This document shows, piece by piece, positions 28,320 to 37,032 of a stretch of DNA of 42,080 nt. The position numbers were made by a program, and so were the translations under genes. Position 1 is the first letter of the stretch, and each line of letters starts with the position of its first letter. The stretch lies in the NCBI GenBank assembly GCA_031366795.1, contig JANLOX010000344.1, positions 1-42,080 of the forward strand. Direction: 5' to 3'. This DNA comes from Candidatus Eiseniibacteriota bacterium. GTDB lineage: Bacteria > Eisenbacteria > RBG-16-71-46. Below the pieces are notes generated by a model. It was not told where the DNA came from and did not search any database. It worked only from the letters and a program-made list of their open reading frames with translations.

Positions 28320-30989
28320 ATGACCCTGGCCGCAGGCACCCATCTCGGGCACTTCGAAGTCGTGGCACCTCTTGGCGCCGGCGGCATGGGCGAGGTGTTC
28401 CGCGCCCGCGACACCCGGCTTGGCCGCGATGTCGCGATCAAGGCGCTCCCCGCAGCATTCGCGCTGGACCCCGAGCGCTCGGCACGGTTCGAACGCGAGG
28501 CGAAGCTGCTCGCGTCGCTCAACCACCCGAATATCGGTGCGATCCACGGACTCGAGGAGGTCGAGGGCGTCCGCTACCTCGTGCTCGAGTTCATCGACGG
28601 CGAAACGCTCGACCGCCGGCTGTCGCGCGGCGCGCTGCCGGTGGGCGAGGCGCTCGACGCGTGCCGCCAGATCGCGACCGCGGTCGAGGCCGCGCATGAG
28701 AGTGGTGTCGTGCACCGCGACTTGAAGCCCGGCAATGTCATGCTCACGGCGGCCGGCGTGGTGAAGGTGCTCGACTTCGGGCTTGCGAAGGCTGCTGCTC
28801 CCGGGTCGCCGTCGGACCTCAACCTTTCCGCTTCGCCGACCATGACGTACACCGCGACGGCGGCGGGCGTGATCCTCGGCACGGCGGCGTACATGTCGCC
28901 CGAGCAGGCGCGTGGCAAGGCGGTCGACCGTCGCACCGACATCTGGTCGTTTGGCTGCGTGCTGTACGAGTGCCTCACCGGCCGCCGTTGCTTCGATGGC
29001 GAGACAACGTCCGACCTGATCGCGAGCATCCTGCAGGGCGAGCCCGACTGGAACGCGCTGCCGGGGCAGACGCCGGTGCGTGTGCGCGAGTTGCTGCGCC
29101 GCTGCCTCGACAAGAACGCGCGCCGCAGGCTCCGCGACATCGGCGACGCGCGGATCGAGATCGAAGAGGCCATTGCGCAGCGCACGTCCAGCGCCACCGG
29201 CATCGCGGCCGCCGCGGCGGCTGCGGACGCGCGCACGGCAGCACCGCGGCGCGCGTGGGTGATGGGGGCTGCAGTCGGCGCGGCGGTCGCTCTGGCAGCG
29301 GCGTTCGCGTGGCAGGCGGCGCATCACCCGCCCGCGGCGAGAGCCACGCGGTTCGAGATCGCGAGCACCGATGCGATGCGCATCGTGAACGACCCGGCGA
29401 ACGTCGCGCTGTCGCCCGACGGCACGCAGCTCGCGTTCGTCGCGGGAGACTCGACCCGCTCACAGCTGTGGGTGCGGCCGCTGAATGCGCTGGCGGCGCG
29501 GCCTATCTCCGGTACCGACCGCGCGGTCCTGCCATTCTGGTCACCCGACGGGCAGTCGATCGGTTTCTTCACCGACACCAAGCTCCCGCGCGTGCCCGCC
29601 AGCGGCGGCGACGTGCAGGAGTTGTGCGACGTGAAGGGCGCGCGAGGCGGCACGTGGAGCGACGGCGGAGTGATCGTCTATGCGCCGACATCCGATGGGC
29701 CCCTCTACCGCATCGCCGCCACCGGTGGCGATCCGCAACCGTTGACGTCGCTCGACAGCACGAAGCACGAGAGCGGGCACCGCTTCCCCGAGTTCCTGCC
29801 GGACGGAAAGCATGTGCTGTTTTCGGTGCTGCCGAAGAAGGACGATCGATACGGCATCGATTGCGTGAGCCTCGACGGGGGCCGCCGCGAGCACGTTGCA
29901 TCGCTCCCGAGCGGCGCGCACTACGCGGCGCCAGGCTGGCTACTGTACGAACGCAAGGGTGTGATCACCGCGCAGCGGTTCGACGCGGGACGGCGCAGGT
30001 CCCGCGGAACCGCGCTGTCGCTGCGCGACGCGTTGCAGCCGACGGGTTACTCCGGTAGTCCCGGCTTCACCGTCGCACGCAACGGCACGATCGCTTACGG
30101 GCCCGTCATCACACTGATGACACGCCTGAGCTGGTTGGGAACCGAAGGCCACGCCGGCGGGGCGGTCGCCGTCCCACCTGGTCCCTACCGCACCGCCAAG
30201 TTGTCGCCCGACGGCAAGCGGGCCGTGATGGAGAAACTCGACACCAGTGGGCAGGCTCAGCTGTGGTTGGGCGACCTCGAGCGTGGAACGCTATCGCGGT
30301 TGTCGGACGAAGGCGAAGACGATCCGATCAACGCTGTGTGGTCCCCGGACGGTTCCCAGGTCGCGTACCTCCTCGGCTCGAAGAGCATCGTCGTGCGCGC
30401 GGTGAACGGCGCGACGCCGCCCGAGACGTACCTGGCTGATGATCCGGCGTTCAAGACTCTCAACAGCTGGACACCGGACGGCCAGTACCTCGTGTACTCG
30501 CGACAGGAACCGGCCACACGCTACGACGTATGGCTGCTGCCGATGACCGGCGACCACAAGCCGCGGCGGTATTACGCCTCGCCCTACAACGATAACGGCG
30601 GCCTTGTGACTGCCGACGGTCGCTGGCTGGTGCTCAACTCGGACGAGACCGGCAAGAACGAGGGGTACGTGTTGGCATTCCCCGTGCCGGGTGCCAAGAC
30701 GCAGGTGACGACCGGCGACGACCTCGGCGCCGGCGTGTTGCGCGGCTCGAACCGCATCACCGCAACGAGCGGCCGGTCCGATGTGACCGTTCGGATCGCC
30801 GACGTGATGCCGGGGCCCGAATTCCGGCTCGGGCCCTGGCGCCCATTCGGGACGGTGCCGGGCGACCGGCTCGACGTCTCGTCCGTGGCGGGGACAAACC
30901 GATCGCTGGTCCTGCGCCCGGTGGGTGCGGCGCCGCGCGCGAGCATCGGTGTGGTGATGAACTGGCCCACGGCACTGCCGGAGAAGTAG
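28320..30989 (+). CDS. Hanks-type Ser/Thr kinase with a TM-like segment and PD40/TolB-like beta-propellers
   Basis: Full set of kinase motifs, hydrophobic AWVMGAAVGAAVALAAAFAW, repeated LSPDG/WSPDG/WTPDG. Confidence 0.93.
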   Translation: MTLAAGTHLGHFEVVAPLGAGGMGEVFRARDTRLGRDVAIKALPAAFALDPERSARFEREAKLLASLNHPNIGAIHGLEEVEGVRYLVLEFIDGETLDRRLSRGALPVGEALDACRQIATAVEAAHESGVVHRDLKPGNVMLTAAGVVKVLDFGLAKAAAPGSPSDLNLSASPTMTYTATAAGVILGTAAYMSPEQARGKAVDRRTDIWSFGCVLYECLTGRRCFDGETTSDLIASILQGEPDWNALPGQTPVRVRELLRRCLDKNARRRLRDIGDARIEIEEAIAQRTSSATGIAAAAAAADARTAAPRRAWVMGAAVGAAVALAAAFAWQAAHHPPAARATRFEIASTDAMRIVNDPANVALSPDGTQLAFVAGDSTRSQLWVRPLNALAARPISGTDRAVLPFWSPDGQSIGFFTDTKLPRVPASGGDVQELCDVKGARGGTWSDGGVIVYAPTSDGPLYRIAATGGDPQPLTSLDSTKHESGHRFPEFLPDGKHVLFSVLPKKDDRYGIDCVSLDGGRREHVASLPSGAHYAAPGWLLYERKGVITAQRFDAGRRRSRGTALSLRDALQPTGYSGSPGFTVARNGTIAYGPVITLMTRLSWLGTEGHAGGAVAVPPGPYRTAKLSPDGKRAVMEKLDTSGQAQLWLGDLERGTLSRLSDEGEDDPINAVWSPDGSQVAYLLGSKSIVVRAVNGATPPETYLADDPAFKTLNSWTPDGQYLVYSRQEPATRYDVWLLPMTGDHKPRRYYASPYNDNGGLVTADGRWLVLNSDETGKNEGYVLAFPVPGAKTQVTTGDDLGAGVLRGSNRITATSGRSDVTVRIADVMPGPEFRLGPWRPFGTVPGDRLDVSSVAGTNRSLVLRPVGAAPRASIGVVMNWPTALPEK

Positions 30990-31088
30990 CGGCCTCGACC
31001 CCTAAGGGATCTCCGGTCTCTTGCGAAGTGGTGTAGAATCACCGATGGACCAGCGCAGTCTTTCGGATACGCGAGGAAATTCGGTTCG

Positions 31089-31325
31089 ATGAACGTCGAG
31101 AACGAATACCGCAAGTTGATTGACGCGATGTCTGCAGCCGAGCGCGTCCGACGGGCAGAAGCGCTTTTTCGTTGGTCCCGGGACTATCTGGCTCGTTCGA
31201 TTCTTGCTACGCAAGGGCCGATGTCCGAGGCCCGCCTCAAGCGAGAAGTCGCAATGCGGCAGTACGGTTCGGATCCGGCCGCCCGGCGGCTGATCGAGGA
31301 TTGGCCTGTCCGTGTTCCCGACTGA
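31089..31325 (+). CDS. Small helical protein, putative partner (antitoxin-like) of the downstream nucleotidyltransferase
   Basis: 78 aa, with MSAAERVRRA...LKREVAMRQYG. Overlaps the next gene by 14 nt. Confidence 0.65.
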   Translation: MNVENEYRKLIDAMSAAERVRRAEALFRWSRDYLARSILATQGPMSEARLKREVAMRQYGSDPAARRLIEDWPVRVPD

Positions 31326-31887
31326 AGGGTTTCAGCCGACGCTGTCAAAGCTGACCGCCGTGCTCGACCACCTTCGGATCAGATACCACCTGACTGGCGG
31401 GATAGCGACGATCGCCTACGGCGAGCCTAGAATGACGCAGGATGTAGACCTCGTGCTCGACCGGGACCGGGTGCTCGCGGTGGAAGACGAGTTCCTCGTC
31501 GCGCTGGCCCGGGCCGGATTCCATTTCGGCGAGCCGACGGCTCGCCAGGCGATCGCATCGCAGCAGATGTTTCAGCTTCTCGACGTCGACCAGGTCATCA
31601 AGCTCGATCTTTACGTGCGCTGTCTCATTCCGGGGGAACTCGATCGATCGGTGCGAACCGAGATCTTTCCCGGGGTCGAGCTGCCGGTCGCGTCCCGTGC
31701 GGATGCGGCTCTTTCGAAGTTGATCTGGATTCGGCACGGCAGTCACCGGAGCCGCCGCGACCTGCGCAGGATTCTTGCGGGGGCGACTCGTGGCGAGCTT
31801 CGCACGGTGGAGCAGACGGCCGGTGAGTTGGGTCTGGCCGATCTGCTCGCAGAAGTGCTCGACGAGACGGACGAGATCGAAGTGTAG
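31312..31887 (+). CDS. Pol-beta-fold nucleotidyltransferase (AbiEii/DUF6036-like)
   Basis: LTGGIA...GEPRMTQDVDLV (GG...RxTxDxD), KLDL, LSKLIW...RRD. Confidence 0.8.
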   Translation: MFPTEGFQPTLSKLTAVLDHLRIRYHLTGGIATIAYGEPRMTQDVDLVLDRDRVLAVEDEFLVALARAGFHFGEPTARQAIASQQMFQLLDVDQVIKLDLYVRCLIPGELDRSVRTEIFPGVELPVASRADAALSKLIWIRHGSHRSRRDLRRILAGATRGELRTVEQTAGELGLADLLAEVLDETDEIEV

Positions 31888-31942
31888 CGCTCCCGGAGCC
31901 AGCGCTGACGCGCTGCACACCTGCACTACGGTCATACGAGCG

Positions 31943-32365
31943 CTACTCGACCTTCACGATCCTGCGCGTGCCATTGAGCGTGGGTGATGCGATGCGCACG
32001 TAGTAGATCCCGCTCGCGACCGAGCGGCCGTTCGCATCGAGGCCGTTCGCATCGAGGCCGTTCCAGCGCGCATCGTGCCGCCCCGCGGGCAACGTGGTGT
32101 CGAGGCTATTCGTCACGCGCTCGCCGAGCACGTTGAACACGTCGACCTTCACGCGGCTCTCCCGCGAAAGCGCGAATGCCAATCCCATCGCGGCGTGGAA
32201 CGGGTTCGGTCGCGCCGCTTCGATCATATCACGCGCTCGCACGCTCGTTGGCGCAGGCACGTCGACGAGCGACGTCTGGCACGCACAGCGGCCGATTCCC
32301 ACTGCGTCGATTTCGTTCCAGTCGGGCACGGCGGGAGAGAGGAAATACGCGACCGGCGCGGTCCA
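31943..32365 (-). pseudogene. 3' fragment of a secreted protein retaining mainly the FlgD-like C-terminal domain
   Basis: WNEIDAVG, then RPNPF...VFNVLGERV...WNG...SGIYYVRI. No signal peptide. The sequence upstream of about 32370 is abruptly more AT-rich. Confidence 0.65.
32026..32063. repeat. 15-bp tandem repeat, about 2.5 copies (in-frame LDANG duplication)
   Basis: GGCCGTTCGCATCGA twice, followed by GGCCGTTC. Confidence 0.9.
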
Positions 32366-32514
32366 GAGTCTTGAATAACACCTTGATATTAGGGGGTGGG
32401 TAGAGCAGGGAACAAGAAAAGCGAGTGGCGCACCCGCTGTGAATTCTCGTCGCCTGATCAAGAGACACTATTGACGGGACCACCTGTCCCGTTTGAGGGA
32501 TCCCTCCCGACTTC

Positions 32515-33702
32515 TCAGCTGAACCACTCCTGCGCCGGGCGACCGAGAAAGTCCTGCAGCGGGACTCCGGTGTCGCCCACGAGCCATACCTTGGACTTTG
32601 GGTAGCGCTTACGAAACGCCGCGAGCCCGCTCACGCGGTCACTGCGCCCGCTCTTGACCTCGACCGCCCAGGTCTGTGCACCGTGGCTAACGACAAAGTC
32701 CACTTCCTCACCCGCGTGCCGCCAGTAGGTAACGCTCCACGGCGGCCCCTGCAGGTGATTCAACAAGTGCGACCCGACGGCATTCTCGATCAGCCTTCCC
32801 CACCACGGGCCATCCGCGAAGGCTTGATCGAATGACTTGAGCGATGTGGCGTTCACCAGTGCGTTGTTCCAGAGGATGAGCTTGGGACTGCTTCCCCGCT
32901 TGCGCTCCTGGCCCCTCGAATAGAGCTCCAGGCCGCTCGCGAGGAAGGCGGTCTCGAGCAGGCGCAGGTAGTTCGCGAGCGTGACCGTATTCCCGGCGTC
33001 CTGCAGCTGGCCGAGCATCTTATTGTAGGAAAGGATCTGTGCCGGGTACGTGGCGGCCAAGGTAAACAGATGGCGGAGCAGCGTGGGCTTCGTGATCGTC
33101 TGCATCTGTAGGACGTCGCGCGAGACAACCGTCTCGATCAGCGAATCGGCGACGTAGCGCTTCCATTGCAACTCGTCGTCGGCCAGGGCCGCCGCGCCGG
33201 GATATCCTCCGAAGTAGATCCAGCGGTCCACGTCCCAACCGAACGCGTCACGACATTCGGGCCAGGACCAGTGCGTACAACGATGGAGGAAGAAACGGCC
33301 GGCCAGGCTTTCGGTCAGGCCACGTTGCACCAGCAGGGCCGAGGAGCCGAGAAGTACTGGGTACACTTTGACGCCGGTTCGAACTTCCGCGTCCCAAAGC
33401 CGCTTGACGACTTCGCTCCAGCCGCGAACCTTTTGGATTTCATCCAGAACGAGCAACACCCGATGCTTGCTCGAAACCGCCTTGGCACGGGCCAGCCGCC
33501 ACTGGGTCTCGATCCATTCCGGACGATGCGGCAGCGGCGCGTCCGCGGACGCGGTATGACTGGGCCACCCGAGCCGCTTCTCGACCTGACTTGCGGCGGT
33601 GGTCTTCCCCACCTGCCTGGGCCCGATGACAACTTGGAGCAAGGGCGGCCTTCGTCTGAGGGTGGCCTCGATCTCGCCCACCACTGCCCGCTCGAATTTC
33701 AT
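32515..33702 (-). CDS. AAA+ ATPase (AAA_14 type) with C-terminal DUF4143/PD-(D/E)xK-like domain
   Basis: GPRQVGKTT, VLDEIQK, LGSS, ESLAGR, FGGYP, EVDFV...AVEVKSG. ATG 33702 is preferred because the longer ORF overlaps the divergent gene. Confidence 0.9.
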   Translation of the reverse strand: MKFERAVVGEIEATLRRRPPLLQVVIGPRQVGKTTAASQVEKRLGWPSHTASADAPLPHRPEWIETQWRLARAKAVSSKHRVLLVLDEIQKVRGWSEVVKRLWDAEVRTGVKVYPVLLGSSALLVQRGLTESLAGRFFLHRCTHWSWPECRDAFGWDVDRWIYFGGYPGAAALADDELQWKRYVADSLIETVVSRDVLQMQTITKPTLLRHLFTLAATYPAQILSYNKMLGQLQDAGNTVTLANYLRLLETAFLASGLELYSRGQERKRGSSPKLILWNNALVNATSLKSFDQAFADGPWWGRLIENAVGSHLLNHLQGPPWSVTYWRHAGEEVDFVVSHGAQTWAVEVKSGRSDRVSGLAAFRKRYPKSKVWLVGDTGVPLQDFLGRPAQEWFS

Positions 33703-33708
33703 GCGGGC

Positions 33709-33757
33709 ATTGTAGCGAATACTCGATGACTGAGCAAAATTACTCAGTGGATGAGTA
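33709..33757 (-). promoter_or_regulatory. Leaderless-type -10 (TACAAT) plus upstream inverted repeat (putative operator)
   Basis: TACAAT(-) at 33709-33714 with a 6-nt spacer to the ATG. Inverted repeat TACTCgatgACTGAG-8nt-CTCAGTggatGAGTA at 33720-33757. Confidence 0.55.
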
Positions 33758-33831
33758 CGGCGGGCTGGCGAAGCGTCGATTGACCGCGCGCCGCCGCCCT
33801 GAATAGTCTGCCCCGCAGAGGAGGACCCCCT

Positions 33832-35253
33832 ATGAGTGTGCACCGCGACGGCCCCTGTGCTTGCGGAAGCGGCAAGAAGTTCAAGAACTGCTGTCTGCGT
33901 CGCGAACAACGCGAGGCTCAACGGACAGGTCAGCATGCGACGTCGTTAGCCCGGGTCCTCGATTGGCTCGGTGCCCGCTATTCGGCTGCCTGTCTTGCGG
34001 CGATCAATTCGGATTTCTCTTCCATGGCGAACGATGACTCTCCCGTGCAACCGGCTGAGATCCCCTCCGGGTTGCATCAGATGTTCCAGCTCAACGCCAT
34101 GGAGTGGCTGGTGGCGAGAGGCGAGATCCTGATCCGCCGGCAGGGCACGCCATGCCGACTCCGCGTAAGTGACCTGGTGCTGGGCCCGGGAGGGCCGCTA
34201 CTCACACCGGGACAACGCTGTTTCCTGGAAGAGATGGCCCGTCGTCCGATCCGACTCTACGAGGTTCTCGAGAGCCGTCCCGGGGATGGCTTCGTTCTCA
34301 AGGATGCGCTCGATTCCGAACTCCCCGAGTATTCCGTACGTGAACGGTCGGGCTCGCGGCAGCTCGTGCAATGGGACATTTTCGGTGCCCGCCTGGTTCC
34401 GGTCGACGACCACTGGGAGATCGCGGGATCGATCTATACGTTTGGTACCCAGGGACCTGAGCTGGTTCAGGATATTCGCGAAGCACTCGATGAATTAGCC
34501 GAGGCGTTTCCGGACGACGAAGCGCGCTTGGACCGGTTCGTCGAACGTGCGGTCATCGCCGGGTGGCTGGTATATGTGACAACTCTGCCGCCGATGCCCC
34601 AGATGGTGGACCAGGGCAGCGGTGAATCCCTCATGCTCATCACCGATCATTACGAAGTCCTCGACTGGAATGGGCTGGCGAAGGCGCTCGAATCGCAACC
34701 CGATGTGGATGGAGACCGCACGGAGGGATGGACACGATTCGTCTCGCTGGGAGAGGACACGCGCAGGTCGCTGCTTGCGATCAATATCGGCGAGACCAAG
34801 AACCGGATCGAACCGTTCGCCCGAACGCTACGGTTCGCCGACGAGGGCAAGGCGTGGCTACAGCAGTTGGCCGGCAATTCGATTCGTTTTCTCAATCGCG
34901 AAGCCGTCGATCCCGTGACGATCATGTCTGGACGCGATCGGAGTTCCGGCAGCGGGGAGCGCCGCGCTTCGGCATCGCCCATTCCCCCCGCGCAGCAGAC
35001 ACGGATTTATCAGGAGTTCTACGAGCGCCACTACCGCAACTGGGCCAACGAGTCCATTCCCGCCCTGGGTGATCGAACCCCGCGCGAGGCCGTCGCGACG
35101 CAGTCCGGACGCGTGGCCGTGATCGAGCTTCTCAAGCAGTACGAATCCAGCGAGTTCCGCAAGGCGCGGGCGGAACAGCGCGATCCCGTCCGGTTCGACT
35201 TCCTTTGGCAGCAGGTAGGGCTCGATCGAGCGAGCCAGCTCGCGACACCCTGA
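33832..35253 (+). CDS. SEC-C motif protein with C-terminal Xre/MbcA/ParS-antitoxin-like domain
   Basis: N-terminal CACGSGKKFKNCC and C-terminal WANESIPALGDRTPREAV...GRVAVIELL. GAGGAGG RBS. Confidence 0.8.
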   Translation: MSVHRDGPCACGSGKKFKNCCLRREQREAQRTGQHATSLARVLDWLGARYSAACLAAINSDFSSMANDDSPVQPAEIPSGLHQMFQLNAMEWLVARGEILIRRQGTPCRLRVSDLVLGPGGPLLTPGQRCFLEEMARRPIRLYEVLESRPGDGFVLKDALDSELPEYSVRERSGSRQLVQWDIFGARLVPVDDHWEIAGSIYTFGTQGPELVQDIREALDELAEAFPDDEARLDRFVERAVIAGWLVYVTTLPPMPQMVDQGSGESLMLITDHYEVLDWNGLAKALESQPDVDGDRTEGWTRFVSLGEDTRRSLLAINIGETKNRIEPFARTLRFADEGKAWLQQLAGNSIRFLNREAVDPVTIMSGRDRSSGSGERRASASPIPPAQQTRIYQEFYERHYRNWANESIPALGDRTPREAVATQSGRVAVIELLKQYESSEFRKARAEQRDPVRFDFLWQQVGLDRASQLATP

Positions 35254-35303
35254 AGCCGGGCGCTCCCGTGGGTTTCAGGCCTGCCGAACTTGCGGCCCGC
35301 CGT

Positions 35304-36243
35304 TCACCTCGGCATGCAGCATCGCTTGAACTTCTTCCCGGTTCCGCAGGGGCAGGGGGCGTTCGCCTCGGGAATGGGCTGGCCCGACGCCGGCCTCCAT
35401 CGTCGGGTGGCCAGGACCGATTCTCCTTCTCTTGGTTCCTTCAGCGCGACCGCGGGTGAAGTGGGCAAGCGACCGCCGCGCCCGGCGGATAATGCAAGGT
35501 TGTACCCGGCCATGAATCGGTCGACCTCCACCTCGTCACTGGAGTCGACCCCGCTTTCGTGCATCAGGGTCATGAAGCTCTTGGCCATTTCGAACCGCCG
35601 GGGATCCCGCGCGACTTCGAAAAACTCCCTCTGCGCCGCGGCGATGCTGGTGCGCGCCTCGTCAGCGCATGCCACCGGGATCCTGCCGGTGGAGCCCAGC
35701 CAATCGTAGAATCGGGGCAACACCTCGGGCATCCGCCGGATCAGCGCTTCGTCCGCAGTGACTTTGCGGGGGAAGTAGTCCAGCAGGAAGTCCAGCGCGT
35801 CGAACGTCGTGAACCGATCGAGACTTCCGCTCGAATGGAGCTTGTAGCGCAGAAACATTTCGCATGCCGGACCGTCGCCGGCCGCCGTGCGTGAATAAGG
35901 TGAATCGAGGAAACCAGCCACCATGCTGAGCGCCTGTTCCAGCGCTGCTTCTCCCTCGTCGTGAGATCCCTCTGTTCCGGCGGGGTCGAGAGCCATCGCG
36001 TCTTTCGAGTCAGCCGCGTCGTCTTCGAGCCACGAGTCCTCCGGGTGCGGAGCCGTGATGCGGACCGTGATCGCGCCGGGTGGGTCAACGTGATACTCGC
36101 GCTCAACGGGCGCCGCGACGGGCGTCGTGAACAGACGGGGCCGCTCGGTGAGGAGTCGAATGAGGGCTTCGGCCGCCGCGATGGCGAGCCGGAGGTCGCT
36201 CTCTGAGAGCGGCGCAGAGACTCCGTCGCGATCGACCAGCAGG
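35304..36243 (-). pseudogene. 5'-truncated protein with C-terminal SEC-C motif (residual ORF 35304..35996)
   Basis: Ends in CPCGTGKKFKRCC. The frame stays open and protein-like upstream of ATG 35996 (LLVDRDGVSAPLSESDLRLAIAAAEAL...VRITAPHP) with no ATG, GTG or TTG start. Confidence 0.65.
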
Positions 36244-36988
36244 CGGGTCGGCGCTTCACGTCGAAACTCATGTCGGTGTCCCGGTCTCCAAGGGTGGATT
36301 CAGCGTGCTGATCGGCAGCGTCCCGGGAGACCCCTTGCTGTTGCCGTTCACCGTTCCCTACTGGCTGGAGATCCAAGTGGCGCCCGACGCGTCGCCGCTC
36401 TCGCCACGTATCCAACTTGTCTCCTCGCCGTATGCCCAGACGGCGGAGACGGTGCTCGACGGCGCAATCACCAGTGCGAAGATAGCCGATGGGAGCGTCA
36501 CGAGCCTCGACATCCTCGATGAGCCGGGCGTCGCATTCGATCAGGGTTCTGTCAGCTACAGCGTTCCAGCCACGGGCGTCGACGTGGTTGCACGAACCGT
36601 CACGATCACGACGCCGGCCGCCGGGTACGTCATGGTCAACTTCAGTGGGTACATGGATATCGGCTCACACACGGCCGGCGTGTTGGGTCAACTGCGCGCC
36701 TCGATCTCAGAAACCACGGCACTGGGTCCCAACAGTACCTGGAGCCTCAGTACGGTAGGCCGCGAAGTTGCTTCCGGCACGGTATATGGATCGACAATCT
36801 CGAGGAGCTTTGTCTATTCCAAACCAGCCGGGACGTACACGTTCAATCTTGTTTGCGACAGCTTCGGTGGCGGCGAATCGGTCGTGATCCGGTACCCCTC
36901 ACTGAATGCCGTGTACCTCCCAACCGCGTATGGCACCTCGAACGGTGCCGGTGTGCAATCGTCTTCGGACGGCCTCGCTCCCCGCTGA
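36239..36988 (+). pseudogene. 5'-truncated fibre-like secreted protein
   Basis: The in-frame sequence upstream of 36305 reads AGGSALHVETHVGVPVSKGGFSVLIGS, followed by YWLEIQV...PRIQLVSSPYA, DGAITSAKIADGSVT repeats and a beta-sandwich head. No signal peptide or clear start. Confidence 0.6.
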
Positions 36989-37032
36989 CGATGAGCGTCG
37001 ACATGCGCGTCATCATGAAAGGCCGGCATCCG

